The notes beneath the pieces are model-generated. The model was not told the DNA's origin. It saw nothing but the letters and a program-made list of their open reading frames with translations, and ran no database searches. Source: an uncultured Nitrospiraceae bacterium (GTDB lineage: Bacteria; Nitrospirota; Nitrospiria; Nitrospirales; Nitrospiraceae). Taken from it: 64,000 nt of DNA. Made by a program: the position numbers and the translations under genes. The DNA is taken from the NCBI GenBank assembly GCA_963824855.1, contig CAWGQP010000002.1, positions 17,858 through 81,857 on the forward strand. Reading direction: 5' to 3'. Positions 37,841 through 47,483 of the stretch are shown piece by piece. Position 1 is the stretch's first letter. Each line of letters starts with the position of its first letter.

Positions 37841-39214
37841 TCATAGCACGGAGGACCTTTCTGGAACAGACGCAGGGTCGTCTGATGCCTGCTTGCTTTC
37901 CAATTCATGAAGGAGGATGGCCACCAGCATGTCGCTCATCACGTTTACGCCCGAGCGCACGCGCGCAAGGATCCAATCAACCGACATGATCAGCGGAATG
38001 GCGGCGGCGATGACCTGGTTCGGAAGGCCCGCGGCCGAAAGCACGAGCGGCAGGACAATCAGTCCGGCCTCAGGAATGCCCGCCACGCCGATGCCCGCCA
38101 TGATGGAGGCGAGGACGATCAGGAACTGATGTCCGATCGAGAGTTCATAGCCCAGCGCCTGCGCGAGAAAAAGGGCGGCCATCGCTTCATAGAGGGTGAC
38201 CCCGTCGTTGTTGAGGTTAGTGCCTACGCAGGCGGCGAGCCGTGCCGATTGCGGCGACACGCCCATGCGGTCCAGGCAGCGGAGCGTGACCGGCACGGTG
38301 GCGAGACTGCTGTTGCAGGAAATGGCCGTCATAATCGCGTCGACCCCGCGGCCGATATAGATGCGGGGCGGTTTCTTGCCGACCAACCAGGCAACGAGCG
38401 GGTAGTAGACGAACGCGTGCAGCGACAGACCCAGCAGAATGGCCACGAGAAAAATCCAGAGCGCGGAAAACACCCCCAATCCGACCCTGCCCACAATAGA
38501 GGCCAACACGCCGAACACGGCGAACGGCACAAGCTGGATGATCCACCACAGCATACGGACGAGCCAGCGGTAGATACTTCCAACCGCATGGACCACCGGT
38601 TCCATCGATCCGCGATAGTCATCCTCGGCGCCACGCAGACGCCGCAGCAACGCGCCAAGCACCAGGGCCAGGATCACGACGCCGATGACGTTGTTGGTCG
38701 TGAAGGGCTGAAGCATCGTGCGCGGGATGTACGAAGCGATTTCCTCGAGCGGATGACCGGTGGCAGTCACTCCACCAGCGGGGGATGACGCGGAGCCTGG
38801 CGTAAGATTGAGCAATTCGTCGACGTGGCCCCGCCAGGTGAGGCCCGGCTGCCAGCTGTTCATGATGACAAGGCCGATCCCCATGGCAACCGAGACGTTG
38901 ATCAAGCAGATGAGGATCAGCCGCGTGCCCTGCCGCAGCGGGAGGACCGTCGTGAGAAAAGCATCGAGGACGGCAAAGAAGATGAGAGGGATCGCAAGCG
39001 TCTTGAGCAACAGGATGACGAACATCCCCAATTGGCCCAGCTGTTCGTTGCGCAGACCACCTGCATAGGGCTCCTGGCCGAACAGGGCGCCGACGATGGT
39101 GCCGCAGATAACGGCGATCACCACCTGGGTGTAGAGAGGCAGGCGGAAGAGAAACAATGCGGCCCCGGCGTCGGGGGAAGTGGCTGGCGGCTGCGGCTGA
39201 TCGGGAGTGCTCAC
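37841..39214 (-). CDS. Dicarboxylate/amino acid:cation symporter (DAACS)
   Basis: NSSLATVP, GTNLNNDGVTLYE, AGIPEAG, DWILARVRSGVNV. Confidence 0.92.
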   Translation of the reverse strand: MSTPDQPQPPATSPDAGAALFLFRLPLYTQVVIAVICGTIVGALFGQEPYAGGLRNEQLGQLGMFVILLLKTLAIPLIFFAVLDAFLTTVLPLRQGTRLILICLINVSVAMGIGLVIMNSWQPGLTWRGHVDELLNLTPGSASSPAGGVTATGHPLEEIASYIPRTMLQPFTTNNVIGVVILALVLGALLRRLRGAEDDYRGSMEPVVHAVGSIYRWLVRMLWWIIQLVPFAVFGVLASIVGRVGLGVFSALWIFLVAILLGLSLHAFVYYPLVAWLVGKKPPRIYIGRGVDAIMTAISCNSSLATVPVTLRCLDRMGVSPQSARLAACVGTNLNNDGVTLYEAMAALFLAQALGYELSIGHQFLIVLASIMAGIGVAGIPEAGLIVLPLVLSAAGLPNQVIAAAIPLIMSVDWILARVRSGVNVMSDMLVAILLHELESKQASDDPASVPERSSVL

Positions 39215-39273
39215 GTGCGGGGCCGCATCATACCAGATTTCTGTCCATGTTTATCTGTGGCGAGCCTGGTTGT

Positions 39274-39870
39274 TCAGATTTTTGGGATGCGGAGAGTTTT
39301 GCTAATCATGAGGCTGCCGGAGAGAACAAAAAGCAAAGACAATGGGTGCAGTTCCCAGGGACCAAGCATCCAGACGCCCCCATAGACTTCATCGCCCAGC
39401 CTCCCCTGCCAGCCGGCCAGCGCCAGGACGATCGTCAGCAGAAAGGTCGTTGGAATCGGCGTGCCTTCGAAATAGGCGACCTTGTCGCTGCCTTCAGAAA
39501 GACGCTCGGCAGTGACGTTGTAGCGCGCGAGCCGACTCACGCCGCAGCAGACAAAATAGATCAACGCCAGCCAATCCCACGCTCCCCGAAGGCCTGCGGC
39601 AAAGCCGAGCGTCGCCGGCGCTAGACCGAACGAGATGATGTCGGCGAGCGAATCCAGCTCCCGGCCCAGGGCCGAATGCGTGTGCCGCCAGCGCGCGACA
39701 CGGCCGTCCAGCCAGTCGAAGACGAGGGCCGCCGGCGTGAGCGCCGCAGCGGTGAGGTAGTGGGCCGACGAGTGGCTGCCCATATAGAGCATGGCGCACA
39801 GAACCGCCGCCACTCCGCATGCTGCATTGGCCAGCGTGAGCACATCGGCCAGATGAAACTCACGGAGCAT
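39274..39870 (-). CDS. pssA: CDP-diacylglycerol--serine O-phosphatidyltransferase
   Basis: DWLDGRVAR...GRELDSLADIISFG, RLARYN, YFEGTPIP. Confidence 0.88.
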   Translation of the reverse strand: MLREFHLADVLTLANAACGVAAVLCAMLYMGSHSSAHYLTAAALTPAALVFDWLDGRVARWRHTHSALGRELDSLADIISFGLAPATLGFAAGLRGAWDWLALIYFVCCGVSRLARYNVTAERLSEGSDKVAYFEGTPIPTTFLLTIVLALAGWQGRLGDEVYGGVWMLGPWELHPLSLLFVLSGSLMISKTLRIPKI

Positions 39871-39944
39871 GGAGAAGTGTTTGGCGGCCACGGAACGAAA
39901 ATCTACGCGGGACGGCGGGGATTGTCTAGTGAGGGGCGGGATAG

Positions 39945-40330
39945 AAAGTGGATGGAGGGCTCTGCTCCGGCGATGGGTGAAAACGCCTGGATAGCGAAGA
40001 CGGTGTCTCCCTGTTCCGGGCTTCGGCTCGACCACACTAAGAACAGACGGCAAAGGTGGATGGTGCCATTTGCTCAAGCGATGGGTAAACCGCAGGGCCC
40101 TATCGCGGCTTGGCTCCGCAACTTGGTCCGTCCTGGACTTCGTCCGAACGGACCTTCGAACAGTGCGTCTCGCCATCGCCGCCTGGGAAAAGGGCGCGTC
40201 TTGGCGCGACCGGGGTTGGGCGGGTGAGAACAACCGCGCCGCGATAGGCCCATGCACCCATCGCAAGTCGCGCGTAAAGCCACCATCCACCTTCATGAGA
40301 AGGGAGAACGAGCGAAACTTAGAGGGAGCG
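39945..40330 (-). repeat. Complete A-type hairpin element with P insert plus stacked extra right arms
   Basis: Core nearly identical to 34342-34580 but with P inserted at 40180-40232; GATAGCGAAGACGGTGTCTCCCTG...CGACCACACT at ~39990 matches ~3820. Confidence 0.85.
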
Positions 40331-40589
40331 GAGCTAGCGTCTAGTGGCGCTACGATGAAGCTGAAACGGCGGAAACCCTGTGCCTTGACCGCCTCGGAGC
40401 AGCAAACTGGACCGGACGGAAAGACAAGTCGTACACGAACCTACCATGAGGGTGATAAGACATCCAGACGCTCGGATAAGACTCCCAGTACTTGATTCCC
40501 CTATAGTCCGCGGCATGTCATCGCACCGGCGATGTGAAACCCTGTCCGATCGAGATCACGCTCGATCCGGCATCACGAGGAGGCCCGTC

Positions 40590-41768
40590 ATGCTACCGCT
40601 CAGATTCTTGCTGGTCGCTCTTGGTTTGTTGGTCTTGTGGGCATCGCCCGCATCGGCCGAACTGCTGGCCCTGTTGAACTATGAGAGCAAACCGGGTCAA
40701 CCGGTCAGGCGCGAAGGGATCGCCATCATGGAGATCGATCCCGAATCACCGGACTTCGGAAAAATCCTGATGGATATTCCGCTCCCGTCCGATGTCGTCG
40801 CCCATCACATCTTTTTCAACCGCGACAAGAGCAAGGCGTACATCACGTCCTTGGGGAAGAGCATTCTGCTTGTCGTAGATCTCACCAAGTTCCCGTATCG
40901 TCTGCGCACGATTGATGTCCCGGATTGCCAGGTCAACGAGGATCTCGTTGTCTCGGAAGATAACAAGACCTGGTTCCTCACCTGCATGGGTTCGAGCAAT
41001 GTTGTGATGGGGGATGCACAAACTGATAAGCCGATCAAGACGATCAGCTCGTCCGAAGCGGCCGCGTTCATCCTGTATCCGCACGGCATTGCGATTCACA
41101 ACGGCATCGATCGGGTGCTCGTCACCAGCACGGTCAAGCCGGATATGTCGGATCAGGGTGACACGGTGACCGTGCTGGAGGCGAAGAGCGGGAAGGTACT
41201 GTCGACGCATAAGGTGGCATCGAAGCCATCTCCCGCAAAATCCGCCCCCGTCGAAGTCATGTTTTCGCCGAATTCGAACCCGCCGGTGGTGCACATTACC
41301 AATATGCTTGAAGGCACCCTGTGGGCCGGGGTCTGGGATCCGAAGACGAAGGCCTTCACGTTCAATCAGGTCGACGACTTCGGCGCGAAGGAACAGGGGA
41401 TGCCGTTGGAGATGCTCTACAACAAGAAGGGGGACCGCCTCTTCGTCACCACGGCCAAGACGGGGTTCGTGAATCTTTATGATAATAGCGATCCGCGTCA
41501 GCCGAAGTTCATCAAAGCCATTCCCTCAGCACCCGGTGCCCATCACAGCGTGCTCTCGCCGGATGAGCGGTATCTGTTCGTTCAGAATAGCTTTCTCAAT
41601 CTGGAAGGTATGAGCGACGGGTCCATTACGGTGATCGATCTGAAGAATGACAAAGTGCTGGGCAACATCGATACCTTGAAATCTGCCGGGTACAATCCCA
41701 ATTGCATCATGCTGCTGCCGAATCACTTTCAGAACAGCGGATTGCGGGCGAACGTTCATCTCCATTAG
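40590..41768 (+). CDS. Secreted beta-propeller protein (YncE-like / SBP56-like N-terminus)
   Basis: Signal peptide ending ASA; GAGGAGG RBS; IDPESPDFGKI...P....AHH..FN; propeller repeats. Confidence 0.75.
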   Translation: MLPLRFLLVALGLLVLWASPASAELLALLNYESKPGQPVRREGIAIMEIDPESPDFGKILMDIPLPSDVVAHHIFFNRDKSKAYITSLGKSILLVVDLTKFPYRLRTIDVPDCQVNEDLVVSEDNKTWFLTCMGSSNVVMGDAQTDKPIKTISSSEAAAFILYPHGIAIHNGIDRVLVTSTVKPDMSDQGDTVTVLEAKSGKVLSTHKVASKPSPAKSAPVEVMFSPNSNPPVVHITNMLEGTLWAGVWDPKTKAFTFNQVDDFGAKEQGMPLEMLYNKKGDRLFVTTAKTGFVNLYDNSDPRQPKFIKAIPSAPGAHHSVLSPDERYLFVQNSFLNLEGMSDGSITVIDLKNDKVLGNIDTLKSAGYNPNCIMLLPNHFQNSGLRANVHLH

Positions 41769-41789
41769 CGCGCCGGAGGGGAAGGAAGC

Positions 41790-41813
41790 GCTGGCCGCCG
41801 GTCGGCGGCCAGC
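41790..41813. terminator. GC hairpin between convergent genes
   Basis: GCTGGCCGCC-GGTC-GGCGGCCAGC; no clear U-tract. Confidence 0.45.
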
Positions 41814-41827
41814 TGCGATCAGTTAAT

Positions 41828-42418
41828 TCACGGTCTGACAACGAGGTGGCCGCGCCGGTTCTGCTGATAGCAGGCCTCGCTGCGGTCATTACAAAACGGG
41901 CGCTCCTTGCCGTAGGACACGCCGACCAGGCGTTCGCGCTTGATGCCGAGATCGGTCAGGTAGTTGAGGATCACCTTGGACCGCTTCTCGGCGAGCACGA
42001 AATTGTAGGTCGCGCTGCCGCGCTCGTCGCAATGCCCTTCCACCTTCAACTGGATGGCCGGGTGGCTGCGCAGCCATTCGGCGTTGCGGCTCAGGACCTG
42101 TCGGCCTTCCTCGCTGATCGTCCAACTGTCGTATCCGAAGTAGACATCGCGGAGACCCGCGGCCGCGGTCGCGGCCTGCTCTGCCCGCACTTCGTCCATC
42201 TGACGTCTGGCGGTCGCCGGGTCGTTCTTGGCCACCGCAAAGCCTGAACTCAGCCGCTCGGTACCGGACGGATCGTCGAGGGACAAGTTAGGAAGTGGCT
42301 CTGGCGCGCGCGAGGCGCTTGTCGTGCGCCCATCCGATTGGACCGTTTTTTTCGAACACCCCGCAGTCCACAAGGCCAGACACCCCACCAGCAACAGACA
42401 GATTATTCGACGAGTCAT
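41828..42418 (-). CDS. pal: Peptidoglycan-associated lipoprotein (OmpA family)
   Basis: Lipobox TAGC, DVYFGYD, VEGHCDERG, VSYGKERP, NRR. Confidence 0.85.
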   Translation of the reverse strand: MTRRIICLLLVGCLALWTAGCSKKTVQSDGRTTSASRAPEPLPNLSLDDPSGTERLSSGFAVAKNDPATARRQMDEVRAEQAATAAAGLRDVYFGYDSWTISEEGRQVLSRNAEWLRSHPAIQLKVEGHCDERGSATYNFVLAEKRSKVILNYLTDLGIKRERLVGVSYGKERPFCNDRSEACYQQNRRGHLVVRP

Positions 42419-42568
42419 ACTCCCTCCTTTGTGAACATCACGAAACGGGTCCGCCCCAATGCCCACGGGTCTTTTCGTTCCGTGCCGGCCGGAGTGTATC
42501 AATTTAGGCGCATCTGGGCAATACGCTAAGCAATGTTTGTTAAGAATTGGTGAAGTCACCCGTCTCCA

Positions 42569-43540
42569 TTACTTCTGCGTCCGGGCAAACATCCGTTTGG
42601 GCACATCAAATGCGAACCGCAATTGGACCGCCCAGTACTCCTGGATGAGCGTGCCACGTTGATCTGTGGAGAGATCCTGCTCGCGATAGACACTTATTTC
42701 ATAGTTGTCTTTGAAACGATAGGCGAGACCGACAATCCAATCCAATTCAGTGGGTCTCAGCTTGTTGTTCAATTCACGGTCGGTAAAAAAATTCACGTCG
42801 CCGTAGAGCACGAACATGTTCTTGTACAAATCGAAGTCAGCATGAGCCACATACCGAAACAGCGCCCTTCCGGTATTGTCCGGTCGAGCGAAATAGCTGC
42901 TGTTATGAAACAACCAGCCGAATCCAGCATACGCATTCAAATTTTGGTGAGGGAAGTACTTGCGCCACCAGGAAAAATCCTCGGCGGCGTGAAGGTTACC
43001 GGTCCCTAGTACATCGGCATACGCTTGCTTGAGGCCGCTCTTGTCGATGGGAGCATCGCGTTCATACTGAATGCGCCACCCCCACCGATCGACCAGGCCG
43101 GTCAAGGCATACGCCATATCCCACTCGCTCAGTATGATCCACCCGTTCGTGCGATCAGAAAAGAAGTTTTGATCTGTGTAGAACGTGAGGTACTGCTTGT
43201 AGAGGTCGACCTCAAGATGGGCCATATAGCGCATCCCGACGAGGCCGGTGTTGTCCGGACGAGCGGCAAACGTTGGATTCGATACAAAAGGCGCAGCGAG
43301 GAGGTAGCCACCGAATAAGGTTTCCTCGGCCTCGCGCGCCTCCTCGCCTTGTTTCTCCATCGAGGGCAGCGGGCGCCCGTATTTTTCTAACCCATAGGCA
43401 GATGACAGCCCAGCACACCAGGAAAGGACTACGAAGCAGAGGATTCTGCCAAGACCGGATCGATGTGATGAAACAGTCGCGAGCATCATGGCTGCGTCCT
43501 TTAGCCCATCCGCATGGACTGGGCCGGTGGCAGCCATCAT
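42569..43540 (-). CDS. Exported hypothetical protein, probable outer-membrane beta-barrel with internal duplication
   Basis: Aromatic-rich beta strands; ARPDNTG...RY.AH...DLYK occurs twice; start uncertain. Confidence 0.6.
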   Translation of the reverse strand: MMAATGPVHADGLKDAAMMLATVSSHRSGLGRILCFVVLSWCAGLSSAYGLEKYGRPLPSMEKQGEEAREAEETLFGGYLLAAPFVSNPTFAARPDNTGLVGMRYMAHLEVDLYKQYLTFYTDQNFFSDRTNGWIILSEWDMAYALTGLVDRWGWRIQYERDAPIDKSGLKQAYADVLGTGNLHAAEDFSWWRKYFPHQNLNAYAGFGWLFHNSSYFARPDNTGRALFRYVAHADFDLYKNMFVLYGDVNFFTDRELNNKLRPTELDWIVGLAYRFKDNYEISVYREQDLSTDQRGTLIQEYWAVQLRFAFDVPKRMFARTQK

Positions 43541-43701
43541 GTTATCTGTTCACACCATGAAGGGGACAGCTGCCGAAGACACACAGCAAGGCGGAGCACT
43601 GGTTGCATTGAAGGGGCTACCGTCGGGATCCATTCCATTCATCCGTAAATTAAGAAGAATTTAGTGATACCGATGGCGTGTACCGGATTTGTTACAGGTT
43701 G

Positions 43702-44094
43702 TCAATGAGGAAGTTCTGATTGCAGGCAACCCACAAAGATGTCCTCGCAGTGATCGTATTCAGTTCCGTCGGGCACGGGCCGAAATTCCACCCCCGTGAC
43801 CTGATCTTTTTCGAGAAGAAGACTGGCCCAACATCCATGGTGTTCCTGGGCAATGCTGCCCTTTAAAAATGGGTGGGACTCCTCGAAGATGGGCGCCTCC
43901 TTATAATAGCGGAAGACGACACTGTGCCCGTAGAGCTCTTCTCGCAGGGGCGTGTCAGCGCATTGAAGAAGCTCCGCTCGAGTTTTCCCAACGAGGCGTT
44001 TCGCTGTTGGATTATCGGTTTTCGTCTCGAGGGGACCTGAGGCGCATCCACTTAAGAGAACAACGATGACGGCAGCTGCAGGCAGCACGAACAT
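43702..44094 (-). CDS. Hypothetical lipoprotein
   Basis: Lipobox LSGC; LVGKTRAELLQC. Confidence 0.65.
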   Translation of the reverse strand: MFVLPAAAVIVVLLSGCASGPLETKTDNPTAKRLVGKTRAELLQCADTPLREELYGHSVVFRYYKEAPIFEESHPFLKGSIAQEHHGCWASLLLEKDQVTGVEFRPVPDGTEYDHCEDIFVGCLQSELPH

Positions 44095-44369
44095 AGGACC
44101 TTGGTTCCTGCCGATAGTTCGTAGAGTCGCTAGAGTAAGCTAAATGCAGTGGCGACACAAACCATAGATTTCGCAGTGACTTCAACGCAGCGGCCACGGC
44201 CTGCAGTCCCAGACCGAACAGCCATGGGACCCGGGGACCAGACCTGTAGGCCTGCCTAGTCATGCCGAAGAATACCCTAGGAAAATCTGAATGAAAAGTC
44301 GTAATCAGGGGGCCGTTGTTTGCGGTAGGGGGAAGAACTTTGCTATAGTCCGCGCCGGAGCGACAGGCG

Positions 44370-44624
44370 ATGGGATTAGAGCCAAACTACATCGTGGTGG
44401 ACGGCCAGACCTTCACCAAGGCCAAACTCGCTCTCGACAATCACGTCTACAAAAATTGCCACATAGACGACTGCGATCTGTATTATAGCGGCGGACAGTA
44501 CGAGCTGCTCGATACCCACATCACCAATTCACGGCTGATCCTTAACCATCCCGCCAAGGGCATCTATAACGCGCTGCAGATCTTTAGGATGAAGTCGCCG
44601 GGCTCGCGGATTGTCTACGAATAG
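44370..44624 (+). CDS. Small hypothetical protein (84 aa)
   Basis: Coding-like composition in the gap between oppositely oriented genes; beta-helix-like LDNHVYKNCHIDDCDLYYSGG. Confidence 0.6.
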   Translation: MGLEPNYIVVDGQTFTKAKLALDNHVYKNCHIDDCDLYYSGGQYELLDTHITNSRLILNHPAKGIYNALQIFRMKSPGSRIVYE

Positions 44625-44630
44625 GCCTGG

Positions 44631-45983
44631 CTAGGACGCCCCCCGATTGCCGGCCACCGCAAGCGCCCAAACTTCGGCCGCTGCCCTGAGACCGCTTTCC
44701 ACCGCTCCATTCATATAGCCCTGCCACTTGATGCTCGTGTGCTCCCCCGCGAACAGCAGGCGGCCATGCGGACGGGCCAGCCAGGGCCGCCAGACGGGAT
44801 CGAACGAAGGGTCGAAATAGGCGTAGCCGCCTTGGGCCCACGAGTCGTGCTCCCACGTGACGTGGTGACTGTGGAGGAGTGCAGCCTCGTCCGGCTTCAG
44901 CCAGTTGAGGGCATGCACCAATCCCTGCACGCCTTCCTGCGCCAGAATCTTTTGGGTATCTTCGCTCGCCTGGCCGCCCGCCATGAGCGTCAGAATGCCC
45001 GCCGAGCCGCGCTGTTCCTCATTGGCGTCCCAGATGGCGCCGGTCGGCGCATCGGTGCCGTACGCAGGCGAGCGGCCCTTGCGCTTCCAGAAGCGCCGGT
45101 CGAACTGCAAAAGACTCTTCGTGACCCGGCCGTACCTCAACCGTTCAAATACTTTCGCCTGCTCGAGCGGCAGGTCCGGTGTGATCTCGATGGTGCGCAG
45201 CGTGGTCACCGGCACGGCCAGGATCACATAGTCCGCGTCTATCTGCGTCCGATCGCCGCCGGGCCGCTCGACTGTGACACGCACCGACGTCTGGTCGTCA
45301 TGGACCGCGCGCGCTGACGTATTGAGATGCACCGCCTCGCCCAGTTCCACGGCCATGGCCTTCGGCAGCCGGTCGTTGCCGCCTTCGATGCGCCCTGCCG
45401 GTTCCGCTCCAGGCGCCTCTGAGGCGAGTTGTTCGATCAGGACCAGCAGGGAAAGGTCTTCTGGATCGGCGAGAAAGAAGCCGCGCAGGCCGCGGACCAT
45501 CGCGCGCATGTTCCCGTCGGCGTGGATCTCATCGAGCCATTGCGCGACCGATCGCTGGGCCATGCTCCTGACGACGGCGCTTTCCCAACGCTGCTCCGCC
45601 CGCCGATAGGCTTCGATCCAAGGCTCCGCGCGGTCGGCGATCGGCTTCCAGGCCCGCTCACCTTTCATCGGACGGCCGTGGATTTGCCCTCTGCCTTTGT
45701 CGCGCACGAACGAAAACCCCTGCCGCAAAATCGTGCGCACGGGCAGACCGTACTGGTCGGCGAGCCGCCGGATGTCTTCCTGCGCGTGGTCAATGAAGTC
45801 GCCACCGGCCTCTGCATGCTGGCCTTTGGCAAAGCCATCGCGAATCGTCAGCACTCGTCCGCCGACGCGGTCTTGCGCCTCCACGACCGTCACGCGTGCG
45901 CCGTCCTTCCTGAGACGGACGGCGGCGGAGAGTCCAGCGAGTCCGGCGCCGACGACGAGAACGGATGTGCCGCTGAGACGCAT
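44631..45983 (-). CDS. Flavin monoamine oxidase / L-amino acid oxidase family protein
   Basis: VGAGLAGL, EAQDRVGGR, FAGEHTS, GYMNGAVESG. Confidence 0.92.
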   Translation of the reverse strand: MRLSGTSVLVVGAGLAGLSAAVRLRKDGARVTVVEAQDRVGGRVLTIRDGFAKGQHAEAGGDFIDHAQEDIRRLADQYGLPVRTILRQGFSFVRDKGRGQIHGRPMKGERAWKPIADRAEPWIEAYRRAEQRWESAVVRSMAQRSVAQWLDEIHADGNMRAMVRGLRGFFLADPEDLSLLVLIEQLASEAPGAEPAGRIEGGNDRLPKAMAVELGEAVHLNTSARAVHDDQTSVRVTVERPGGDRTQIDADYVILAVPVTTLRTIEITPDLPLEQAKVFERLRYGRVTKSLLQFDRRFWKRKGRSPAYGTDAPTGAIWDANEEQRGSAGILTLMAGGQASEDTQKILAQEGVQGLVHALNWLKPDEAALLHSHHVTWEHDSWAQGGYAYFDPSFDPVWRPWLARPHGRLLFAGEHTSIKWQGYMNGAVESGLRAAAEVWALAVAGNRGAS

Positions 45984-46049
45984 GGGGATAGCCTACTCCG
46001 CAGTCTCACGGTCCGCCAGAGCCTGATTCCCTAGGTGCTCAATCGCGGA

Positions 46050-46135
46050 CCGAAGCGTCCCGGGTAATCGATTGCGAAGCAATCGGTGGGTCGGGTGGGT
46101 GGGAAAGAGTCGACCGCGGTTGGTGGCTGAAAAAG
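46050..46135 (-). repeat. Stand-alone P[Q] module
   Basis: CCCACCGATTGCTTCGCAATCGATTACCCGGGACG matches ~27734-27768 and ~4086-4120. Confidence 0.75.
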
Positions 46136-46218
46136 ACGACTTTGGGGCAGCCTGGCCCCAAAATGCGCTTGTTCGGTAAAGACAAAATCTTTGAGGAGTG
46201 GAGGGACCGGCGCAACAG

Positions 46219-47469
46219 CTACTTCACGACCGGGATGTTCTCGGACTTCTTCACGATGTCGATCGGCTGGAAGACGGGATCGGATGCGCCTTTGGAGGAC
46301 TCAGCCTCGATGCGTTGGAGGAACGCCGCAGGACCGGCGATCGGCGCATAGCTCAACGTGGCCTCGACATCGAAGGTCCGCGTGTCCTTCGGTGTCGGGA
46401 AGGTGAAGGTTTCGACGCGCAATTCTTCCGGCTTCAACACCGTATCCTCGACGACCTTCACGGCTTCGAAGTCGAACATGGTGTTCTGGCCCTTCGCGTC
46501 CTGAAAGACCCTGCCGTAGACACGCTTCTCCGCAAAGACCGTCCTGAGATTCTTGCCCTTGATGTCCAGCTGCAGTACGACGCTCGCCCAGGCCGGGTGG
46601 GTCGTCGGAAGATTGTGGGGTACGAGGCTCTGCACTTTGACCGCCACGGTCGTTTTATCGCCCTCGATCTTCGTCTCGATGTCGAGCTTGGCCGCTTCCT
46701 GCCGTAACTTGCCGATGCGTCCGGGGAACGTGTGATTGGCGACGGTCCGTTTCTTTTCCCCATTCGCCGATTCTCCGGTCTGCTCCGGCATGTGGCAGGA
46801 CTGGCACTCCTTCCCCGACTTGATGGCTTTGCTTTGATCCCAATTGCCGAGCAGGTCGTTCGTTTTGCCGAGATTGGCCCCGGCCGGCACCGCCTGGTGG
46901 CAGTTCAAGCAGAGATCGGATTTGTGAAACAGTCCCAGCTCCATCGACTGATGGGCGAGGTTCTGGGCGAAATCCTTGTAGGGGCCATACAGCGTCTTGC
47001 TGCCCGCAGGTTCATATTTCGGCTCCGGCGGCTGCTTCGTGCGGTCCACCTGCTTGATGAGGTGGCACTGCGAACACGCGACGCCGTCCATCTGCGGATC
47101 TCCCGACTTGGCCTGATCGATGAAGAACTGGACCTTATCGGGGAATTCGCGCACATGCGGCGCATGGCAGCGGAAGCACAGCGCCTTGTCCTTGCCGGCA
47201 GGGGACGCCAAAAACGCGTCGAGCGAGGCGCGGAATGCAGGCGAATGGATCGACCGCGACAAGGGAGAGGTCTCCCACTCTTCGAAGACGCGCTCATGGC
47301 AGCGTTTGCACTTGTTGGAATTCGGGAAGGCCTTGTCCATCGTGATGGGCGCTTTGCCGTCCTGCTGTGCAAACAGCCGGTCGCCCCACAGATGCGAGGC
47401 CGCGCCGCCGAGCAGCACGACGCTGGCCACAACAATTGACAGACCTGCCTTTTGCAGCACGCTTCGCAT
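46219..47469 (-). CDS. Periplasmic pentaheme cytochrome c
   Basis: Signal peptide; CKRCH, CFRCH, CSQCH, CLNCH, CQSCH. Confidence 0.9.
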   Translation of the reverse strand: MRSVLQKAGLSIVVASVVLLGGAASHLWGDRLFAQQDGKAPITMDKAFPNSNKCKRCHERVFEEWETSPLSRSIHSPAFRASLDAFLASPAGKDKALCFRCHAPHVREFPDKVQFFIDQAKSGDPQMDGVACSQCHLIKQVDRTKQPPEPKYEPAGSKTLYGPYKDFAQNLAHQSMELGLFHKSDLCLNCHQAVPAGANLGKTNDLLGNWDQSKAIKSGKECQSCHMPEQTGESANGEKKRTVANHTFPGRIGKLRQEAAKLDIETKIEGDKTTVAVKVQSLVPHNLPTTHPAWASVVLQLDIKGKNLRTVFAEKRVYGRVFQDAKGQNTMFDFEAVKVVEDTVLKPEELRVETFTFPTPKDTRTFDVEATLSYAPIAGPAAFLQRIEAESSKGASDPVFQPIDIVKKSENIPVVK

Positions 47470-47483
47470 TTCCCGTTGTGCCT

